DNA of 64,000 nucleotides from a virus (taxonomy: Duplodnaviria; Heunggongvirae; Uroviricota; Caudoviricetes): the IMG/VR virus record IMGVR_UViG_3300021400_000025, positions 86,479 to 150,478 of that record. One strand, 5' to 3'. The stretch's first letter is position 1. Each line of letters starts with the position of its first letter. Below are positions 1 to 8,900 of the stretch, one piece after another. The notes under the pieces are model-generated. The model was not told the origin of the DNA. It ran no database searches and saw nothing but the letters and a program-made list of their open reading frames with translations. The position numbers and the translations under genes are program-made.

Positions 1-1742
1 TTCTCCAGATGTCCAGGACAAGTCAAGACGCCCTTCAATGGGGAAATGTGGCTCCATTTGGTGTCGCCACCAATTGATGCAAGCGTCATCATCGTCAATG
101 GGACGAATGGGTGTTGGTGGTTGTGGATTGTGTTCACTGGGTGGGTCTGGGTCTTTTCGTGGTTGGATGAGTGGTGATCCACTGAAATGTTCCACAATCT
201 TGTGATGAATTCCCTTTCCCAGCAGTCGAACACTTCGCTCCACGCATCCATCAACGCCCGCTCGAATCCATCTATGCTCTCTATTGCCTGTTGACACCAA
301 CTGGGGAGTTCAACTATGGGCCCCTTTTCCGAGTATTCCCACACTTGGTTGAACATGGAGTCCAATATGTCCTTTCCCTTCACTGGAAGGAGTGCTTGGT
401 TGGTCATGACATCTATGACGCCCTGTTGTATGATGCATTTGAACGATGTTATCCTTTTCTTCAGCTCAGATGGACACAATTTCGCATGTGTGACGTTGCA
501 ATGCTTTCCAGGAGTTTCAAAGTCGTTGTACTTGTCCTCAATCAATTCGTTCATGATGTCCAAGTCTCTGTACAATGGCGTTGCGAGGACATCTATGTTG
601 CCCCAGATATCAGGATAGGGGCCTGGTCCGGAGGATGTGGTGCATCTTGAGGCTTCCAATGTGTCCAGAGCCTGATCCCTCATCTGCCTGAACAGTTTCT
701 TCACGCAACTGATTTTGTTCACCAAAACCACGTTTTCGACGTCATCTTCCTTTGGCGCGATGTGTGTTGTGCCCTCAATCTTCTGGTTCTCGACTCCGGT
801 GTCGGTCACCCCCAGTTTCTTCCCCATCTGGGAGTCTATCACCTTGGACGTGAAAACCTTGTCCTTCTTCTGGTCGGCCTTCTTCTCCAATTTCTCCTTC
901 AATCCCACAAAACTGGAGATGACTTTGCCCACAGTGCTCTTCGACACCAGTCTGTCTATCACCGACTCCAACAAGTCCAATTTTCTAATCATCCGCTCGT
1001 TGGCGATTGGCTTCATGTTGAACTCGCAATATGAACCCATCTTCATCCATTGAATCATCATTCCTGTGATGCCTGGAGTCCAGAAGTCCTTGTCCTCCAA
1101 TGGGGTGCATGACCATTGGTTGCGCTTGATGAACCAGTTGTTGCCCCAATCCTTCAACGCCCTTGCAGTCCACCACACATTTGTCTGGAAACTGGATTTG
1201 CAGTCTTGGTTGGGTATGGAAATCAGCTTGTCGCAAGAGTTGTTGTCCACCAGATTGTAGAGATGTTCCATCCGAATGATGTTCGCTCTGTACTGGTCAA
1301 GGGCGGCAAGAACCACATTCTTGTCCTTCTCGTAGTGTTGAACCCAGTCCTCTGACGCGAAGAACCTTGGGTTGGTGGATTCTGGGTCGTAGATTTTCCC
1401 CTCCAGCTTCAAGAAGTCCCTTACCGTCTTCTCCATCGTGATGAGGTCGTCCTGTGGGGTGAATTGGTCCGCCACATTGTCTCGCTTTGCAGTTGGACAT
1501 GACGAATCCTTGGGTATGGCTCGATATACAGTGTATACCTTCTTGCACATCTGGTTCACAGAATCGTCCACAGAATCCATGCCTATGTCGCCCAGTTCTT
1601 GTGGGGATGTGCCATCGCTTTGTCCTGGTGAATCGCTGCTGGACTGACCAGAATTGGAGCCACCTCCACATGATCCACCTTTCTTCTTGGGCTTCTCCTC
1701 TTTCTTGTCGTCTTCCTCTTCTTTTCCATCATCACCCGACAT
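1..1742 (-). CDS. hypothetical large protein (>=580 aa in window). The start codon is at 1742 and the C-terminus lies beyond the window start. The N-terminus is Lys/Glu-rich (MSGDDGKEEEDDKKEEKPKKKGG...)
   Basis: Manual minus-strand translation from the ATG (revcomp of 1740-1742) down to position 1 finds no stop codon. The ORF track omits it because no stop lies inside the window. The ATG directly follows the in-frame TAG of ORF 1743..1952. Confidence 0.6.
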   Translation of the reverse strand, partial: MSGDDGKEEEDDKKEEKPKKKGGSCGGGSNSGQSSSDSPGQSDGTSPQELGDIGMDSVDDSVNQMCKKVYTVYRAIPKDSSCPTAKRDNVADQFTPQDDLITMEKTVRDFLKLEGKIYDPESTNPRFFASEDWVQHYEKDKNVVLAALDQYRANIIRMEHLYNLVDNNSCDKLISIPNQDCKSSFQTNVWWTARALKDWGNNWFIKRNQWSCTPLEDKDFWTPGITGMMIQWMKMGSYCEFNMKPIANERMIRKLDLLESVIDRLVSKSTVGKVISSFVGLKEKLEKKADQKKDKVFTSKVIDSQMGKKLGVTDTGVENQKIEGTTHIAPKEDDVENVVLVNKISCVKKLFRQMRDQALDTLEASRCTTSSGPGPYPDIWGNIDVLATPLYRDLDIMNELIEDKYNDFETPGKHCNVTHAKLCPSELKKRITSFKCIIQQGVIDVMTNQALLPVKGKDILDSMFNQVWEYSEKGPIVELPSWCQQAIESIDGFERALMDAWSEVFDCWEREFITRLWNISVDHHSSNHEKTQTHPVNTIHNHQHPFVPLTMMTLASIGGDTKWSHISPLKGVLTCPGHLE

Positions 1743-1952
1743 CTACTCCTTGACTTCCTCCTTTACCTTCTCCTCTGCCTTGTCGCCAAGTTTTTCCCCG
1801 ATGTATTTTCCAACCATGGTGCCTATGGGGCCCCCGAAGTAAGCCCCGAGAGCGGCAGCAGCCATGCCACCCACCTTCTTCCCCAATTCACCTCGGCTTG
1901 TCATCTCGTTGGTGGAGGCCACATCATCTATATTGTCTTTCTTCTCTTCCAT
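1743..1952 (-). CDS. small glycine-zipper membrane protein (69 aa). Possibly the N-terminal membrane anchor of one TAG-readthrough ORF together with 1..1742
   Basis: ORF track. The motif GGMAAAALGAYFGGPIGTMVG is a GxxxG glycine zipper. The TAG stop is followed immediately, in the same frame, by the ATG of the next ORF. Confidence 0.5.
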   Translation of the reverse strand: MEEKKDNIDDVASTNEMTSRGELGKKVGGMAAAALGAYFGGPIGTMVGKYIGEKLGDKAEEKVKEEVKE

Positions 1953-1958
1953 CTTGTC

Positions 1959-1990
1959 TATTTACCATTGTGCGTGGGAAATGGTAAATA
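1959..1990. promoter_or_regulatory. divergent pair of late-promoter-like motifs (AATGGTAAATA on each strand), together forming a 10-bp inverted repeat
   Basis: tatttaccattg at 1959-1970 is the reverse complement of aatggtaaata at 1980-1990. The pair lies between the divergent genes starting at 1952(-) and 2024(+). The same motif recurs at 13887, 60071, 61111(-) and 61917. Confidence 0.45.
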
Positions 1991-2023
1991 CCATCCATAG
2001 AGAGATACATAGGAAAATCGACA

Positions 2024-2935
2024 ATGGTTAGCATCAACAACATAGCGGATCTCAAGAACAGAACATTGATGGAAAGCAACACGTTCAAATCGTTTGTGTT
2101 GTCTTCACAGTCCAACGACTTCACAAATCCTCCATCATTGAACGACATTCTGATACATGAATTCCAGACGGCGAACTCCATCACCTTGAATTCCATCTTG
2201 TCGAACTTCATAGTGAATCTGAAATATGCGTGGACAAAGTGGCTTGATCCACAGTCCATGCAGCATACATCGTATTTTCAAGTTCGGAGGGAGGGCGAAT
2301 CCTACTCCAAGCTGGACGACGAGGTTCGGCTTCTTCTGGACATCATGGACGATGGGACAGGGACGTTCAAGTCCAGATATCTGGAGATGGATGCAGTGAC
2401 CATGACCCCCTCGGAGGGGATTTCCAGATACATCTCCCTTGGTGGATTGTGGTATGGTGTGCAGAAGGTTGCGTTGAGGGACAATGAGGATGACGACAAG
2501 TTGGTTCTGGATTCAGAAAACAACTATATCAGCACAGAGAACCTTGTGCTTGCTCCTGAGCCGTTGAACGACTTCACGATGCACGCCAATCCTTATGGTA
2601 CGAATCCATTTGATGCGCCTGGTTGGGCATGGGACGATGAAGGGAATGCTCCAGATGAACCCAATCGGGGTTCGTTCAACGAGTTCATGAAGGTGCGTGC
2701 TGGAAGCGTCTTGAAAACATCCATCCAGATAGACTGCATTGTTGAAAACCTCTTCAAGGGCAACCAGTTCGACTGCGCGAAGGACGATCTTCTCGCCAAG
2801 TGGATATTTCCCGAATCAGAGTTCATCGTGTGCGCGGGTCATGGGATTTACGCCTTGGAGATGCAATATGACAATGGCAAGTTCGTGGGGATGATGATGT
2901 GGGACATAGGCAAGTTGATTCCCAATCTTGATTAG
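2024..2935 (+). CDS. standard-code segment 1 (303 aa) of the recoded ORF 2024..11590
   Basis: ORF track. It ends at TAG, and the frame stays open into 2987. Confidence 0.4.
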   Translation: MVSINNIADLKNRTLMESNTFKSFVLSSQSNDFTNPPSLNDILIHEFQTANSITLNSILSNFIVNLKYAWTKWLDPQSMQHTSYFQVRREGESYSKLDDEVRLLLDIMDDGTGTFKSRYLEMDAVTMTPSEGISRYISLGGLWYGVQKVALRDNEDDDKLVLDSENNYISTENLVLAPEPLNDFTMHANPYGTNPFDAPGWAWDDEGNAPDEPNRGSFNEFMKVRAGSVLKTSIQIDCIVENLFKGNQFDCAKDDLLAKWIFPESEFIVCAGHGIYALEMQYDNGKFVGMMMWDIGKLIPNLD

Positions 2936-5900
2936 AGCAAATACGAGAATTTTGAGTACGACTTCAAGTGGTGTGGGTTCATCTCCATGGACGAAATAAG
3001 CACATTGGTGGTGATGTTCAGTGACAAGAATGGCAAGTATCACTACGCATATGTCAATGAGAAGTCCTATGACGCGGCATATGGATTCACCCCCATACGC
3101 GATTTGGTGGACAACACATTGACGACCAATCCCCAGTTGGTGTTCAACAGAGTTGATTCAATCAAGCAGCTTGGCGATGTCAACATTGCGATGACCGACT
3201 ATGGCTTCTGGGACTTGGAGTTGAACCAGACGGACAACATCACATATTCATTCAGACACACGGGCAAGTCATACAAAGCATGCACATGGAATGGACATCT
3301 CATGACCAATACCAAGATAATACTTCCTGACAATCACCAGATGATGCCTGGGTCAAAGATATGCGAGTACGACAAGCAGTGGACATTGGATGATTCAACG
3401 AACACCCATTGGGTCATGGATGATTCCACAAAAAGCCAATTCGTTGATGTTGTGAGGGTTGATGGCGAGAAGCATAAGTTCGTGGGTGGACTTCCTGGAA
3501 ACTTCGCATTGTATGATGTCAGCGAAAGCAGTCCGGCGCAGTTGCTTGTTGACATGGATGAAAACGAGTTCAAAAGAGCCATCTTCGCGGATTCGGAGTT
3601 GGCATATAGGTTCACTGAATGGCTGTATGGTCAAGTGGTCTATCCAAACAAGGGGCAGAAGTACATAGACGACATAAAAACAGATGCATGGTGGACTGGA
3701 GATTTCCAGACAAAAGCAGAAACCAAGTCCATATCTGATGTGATATACCCACTTTCTTCCAGTTCGTTCTTGGTTGGCAAGTTCGAGGACATACGACATA
3801 TGATTGGCGATGAAGCCACCTCCCTTCAAGATTACTGCAAAGCATTGGCAGACATCAATGCCACGCCACCATCTTCTGATTTGAATTGGCTTGTCTCTGA
3901 TCAATCATCCTTGGAAGAAGCAATCAAGACTTGGTTCCGCGACACTGACAATGAAAATGGATTCAGTCAAAGGCACAAAGATGGTTTCGTTTAGGAGTTG
4001 ATGCCTCTCATTCAGGGGGAATATCCTCTTCTCTTCACGCACTTCAAGCAGTATTTGAACGATTGGTTGAACGAGACCATTGAGATTCAGGAAGGAGATT
4101 CGCAGACACTGACTTTCACCAATGTGGAGGAGATTTCCAGGAAGGTGAAGGACTACATCATGAGTCTGGTTCCAGTATGTCTGGAGATGGTTGGTTCCGA
4201 TCAATCTGATCTTTTGAGGAAGAACCGTCTTCATCAGAACCAGTTCATGCTTGGGAAGTCCCAGGCATTGGACATATACTCTCCCATGAACGCCAGCAAC
4301 GAGATGCTGAAGGCAGTGAAATCTACACCATTCTTCATGAACGCCAATTCCTATAGTGGAATCATCCAGACCAATGGTTCGCCGTTCAAGATTGAATAGA
4401 ATGTGGAATACGCCAAAAAGTCTGGAATGGTGGATGGCGATGGGAATATACAGTTGAATTGGAATGGCATCAAAGAATGGTTGCTTGGTGATGAAGTCAA
4501 GCAGGATGTGAACGTCCTTAAGGCTTTGGTCAAGACCCAGCTATATCGTCCATTGTTCTTCAAGCATGATGACTACGAGCATTTCACTTCTGATGCAAGC
4601 AAGTATTGGTGCGAGACGCAAAAGTCCTTCAACGACCATAATGGGGTTCTTCATCTTGTCAAATGGGAAAAAGATGGTGACGATGGGGAGAAGTGGGGGG
4701 ATTTGGATCCATCTGGATCAGGATTGACGAGTGATGCTTCAAACATGGAATATACTGAGCAGAAATACAACAAAATCTCCAATGTGATATCATACAATGT
4801 TGTTGTCAAGGACGTGCCCATTGTTGATGGCAAGTTCGTCTACAACGATGTTGAGTTCTATGTCGTCAAGGATAAGGACAACAACCCCACATCTGTGTAT
4901 TTCAACGAGTTCCAGAAGGAAATGGAGCAGTACACCCAGAAGATTGAGATTGAGGACAATAAGTTCAAAATCCAGATCAAATTCATTGACCCACGTGGAC
5001 AATTGGCCGTCAAGGATGTTGAATGCGAATTGATTGATGGTGGCACGAAGGTCAAATTGAATGGGCATGAACAGGAAGTCCATGATGGCATGTTCAATGT
5101 TGATGGCGTGTGGTATGTACTCAACAATGAAGAAAACATTGTGAAGTTCTTCAAGGTGGATGACAGTCTTTTGAGGAAATTGGTGGTTTCCCAGGATGGG
5201 CATGTCATGTTCGATAGGTGGAGTCTTGACATGGAGTTTGGTGGCAATGGTGGAAGTAGCGCAACAGTTGACATCACGCGCCACTATGACATGCCTGTTG
5301 TGGATGTCCTGGTCAAGGAATGGTGTGAATATGACAATTAGCCCATAGTCATTGATGAATTGCGCACATTTGAATGGTGGCTGGCGACCAAAATCAACGA
5401 CATGCGCATAATGCCACAATATCAATCCAGTGTGGATGCTCTGGGGAATGGAAATCTATATGATGGTGGGTTGATGGGTTCCCACTGCGTGTTCTCAGTG
5501 GAGAATGTGGTGGTGGATGGATATGTCCAGAGCCGAGGGGTGTTGACGAAGGGCGAGGGCGATTCCGCAGTGCGCATTGATTTGGGCGTTCTCTACAACG
5601 ACCAGATGGAATTGATTTCCACTAGAACGTTCAGGGGGACTGTCAATGATGCTGGCGAGATAGAAGAAGACCCAACTGGTGGATTCAGGTTCATATTGGA
5701 TTCTGAGGATTCCCCACGCAACATCTGCCATTGCTTCTGGTTGGAGGAGTCCAGGTACAAAAGCACACATTCCCACCAGGATGCTGTCGCGGATGTTGAA
5801 TTCATCTTGGACTACGACCAAGACGACAATGGGACGCCAATGGAGCCAGACCTGTCATAGACTGATTGGCAGATTGCTGTTGATTTTGGTGGACGTCCAG

Positions 5901-8900
5901 GCTTCCCCGAGTATCTGCATCTCACCCCAATCGAGGTGGTGACGCTCTCTGCAAACAAGCGCACGATACGGTTCAATGTGGATGTCAATGAGAATCGGGT
6001 GGGGAGCTACATTGTGAATTCCAGGGACGATAAGGTGGATGTTGTTGTGGATGGAAGGAGATATCGTCTGGATTTGAATGCGAGGACAGTGGAATCGTGG
6101 ACTCTCCAGAATGTTGAGGTTAGCACGATGGACTTCTCCACCCAATACACCCCCCAGACCCTTCGCGATGCGATGGTCAAGAACATTCAGCAGTGGATGC
6201 TGGGCGAGATTGTCCATGCCATGTCCCACAACAACGATGAAAATCCAACCATCATGAAACTGGAGTTGACGGACAAGATGAAGTTGTGGCTGGACATGTT
6301 CGCGGACGACGAGAGTGTTCAGATGCACCTTTTGGCTCAACCCAATGCTGACACCCAGTCCGAGGTGAAGTTCAGAGAGATCTTCAAGAACGATTGGGTG
6401 GAGGAGCGCAACGATTCTGGTCAAGGTCTGGCGTGGAAACATCTAAAGGAAACGATAGATGGGGTGTATGGCGATCAGGTGTCCTTGTCGTTGAACACCG
6501 AACCTGCAATGGAGGTTGGATACGACGAGAATGGCGTGGCAAAGACATTCACCCTCAAGGTGCATGTTGATGTCCATGTCATGCAGAACAGAGACTTGGT
6601 GAAAAACACACCAAATTTCAACGACAAATGGATGGCTTCTTCCGCGACCCTGCACGATGTTGTGTTCTATGTGGAATTCACGCCCAAGTTCTCGTATCAG
6701 TCCAACCCCCTTTCATATGATGTGGAATATGGGATTGAATCTTCAGACAGCATTCTCGCCACCATTGATGGCATCATATTCAACAGTCTTGGAAAGACCA
6801 GAACAAAGACATTGGAAGTTCCAATTAGGATAGAGAGATTCAGTTTAGATGGGATGGAATCTGGACAATCTTCGATGTCCGATCTCAATGGTTTGCTGCC
6901 TGACCAGTTGCTTCCGAAATTTCTGGATTCAACAAAGAGCAGAGCTTTGCTTGAATCTGTCAACGAAAAGATTGATTCGTCGGCATCCTCCTTGGTTGTT
7001 GGAAGTCAAGTCGTCGTCAATGCCCAGATGAAGGATGATGGCGATATCCAGACTGGACATGCGTGGGAGATTGGCTCGCCCATACCATCTGAATCATCTC
7101 TGGGTGGTCTTCAATTCATGGAGGAGAGCCGAGGAAGAACCCAGATATCGGGCGAGGAGTATCAATTGGTTTCATCTGACTCGCGGTTGGTTTCTTTGGA
7201 CGACAACAAAGTCTACTTTGATGTGGAGGAGATAGACCGTGGAATCATTGGCGAACAAGGGAAAGTCCATGTCGCATTGACTGATGAGGAAGTCCCCGAC
7301 TCAACCTATTTGAATGGTTGGTTTTCGCTGGAGAACATCAACGACACAATGTATCTCAAAATCAATGCCAAGAATGGTGGTGATTCCATCTCCTTGCCAG
7401 AGAACAAGGGGGAACTGGTTCTTCATGCCAGTGATTTCCCTGAATTCAAGCAAGAGTACAAGTGGACGATGGGGGATTCCACCACTAGTTCCTTGTGGCA
7501 ATACACATCTGAATTGACTGTCCAAGATGAAAACTGGAACTTCAAGGTGGAGAAGATGCGGTTGGAGAATGATGGAACGGGGTCCGAAACATCCTCAACA
7601 GAATCTGAATTGGTTGGTTCAGCCACGAGAAGCAGTTTAAGTTTCTTGCTGCTGGAGGATGACCAACCAAAGCTGGACGAGCAAGACGACAAATGGGTTG
7701 GTTTTCTGTCTGAAGACGAAGCAGATTCCTCCCAGTCTGGTGTTTTCATGGGACCGAGCCTTACAAACCAAGACGATTTCCATGTCAAGTTGATGTGGGA
7801 AGTTGGTGAAAATGTCGAACCAAAATACTATTTGGTGAACGACAATGCACCAGAAGTCTGTGATGTTTCATCAGAGGATGGCGCATTGTTGTTTGATTAT
7901 GAGTTGCCAATCCAAGTTTCCCCATCAAGTGATGAACCATCATCAAGTGATGAACCATCATCAAGTGATGAACCATCATCAAGTGATGAACCCAAGAAGT
8001 ATGGAGTGGATGGCAAATAGAAGATCAGATTCAAGTTCAACATTGATTCCGACACGAATGAAATAACCTTGTCATAGGCGCAATTGGTGAGCGACACCAA
8101 CAACCGCGATGTGCGTGTTCTTCTTGGTGGCATTCCTGACGCGAAGTTGTGGGATGATGCATTGAATTAGAATGAGAATGAGGATGCTTTGGTGGCGAAG
8201 AACAGCATGAAATCCACTGTGGACAGATGCATGATATACCATACTGTGGGCTTGTTGGGAACCAATGCCGAGTATATTCCAACAGACACTTTCACTGTTG
8301 AGTCATAGGAGACCGTGATGGATGGTGGAATTGAGTTTTCGTTCAAGTTGAAAGTCCAGACCATCGTACAGATGCTCTATGTTGATTAGACCACGGACCA
8401 GAATCCACAATAGGTCATATTTGATCAATATCTGCTGGCAAAGACCTCATCAACAGATATCCCATCGGTGGACAGATTGTTCGCGCTCAAGACATTCTCC
8501 GGCGACAACATCATCATCATAGACTCGACATCTTCATCAATAGACAAAATAGACAATGCGTTTGCGTGGATTCCCACGAACCTGAAAAACGGCATCAAGC
8601 GGGATGAGTATGACTTGAAGATGTTCTATTTGAATGATTTCGTGCCGTCAAATTCATCGTTGCCCAGCTTGAGATATTGTCCGTGCGATATTGTCTCACT
8701 GCCCCCAGACCAGGCTCCATCGCGCGATGGCGAAGTATATGGCAGACAATACACTCACAAGAAGGACATTGTGGTTGAACACACAGACATTGATCAGAAT
8801 GACGCAAATGGGAAGTTCTGGTTGAATCTTGCAGATACCCTCAAGTCAATCACAATCATCCCATCCAATGACCAGTATCCTGATTTGATGCCTGAAAGTG

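Noticed and set aside
1959-1990. 10-bp inverted repeat (atttaccatt ... aatggtaaat), first taken for a repressor operator or a terminator hairpin
   Set aside because: Each arm is a copy of the recurring AATGGTAAATA late motif oriented toward one of the two divergent genes. There is no U-tract. The same divergent arrangement recurs at 61111..61146.
8021-8467. 448-nt intergenic region carrying small ORFs
   Set aside because: It is continuous with the flanking coding frame apart from TAGs. It is not treated as a separate non-coding feature.
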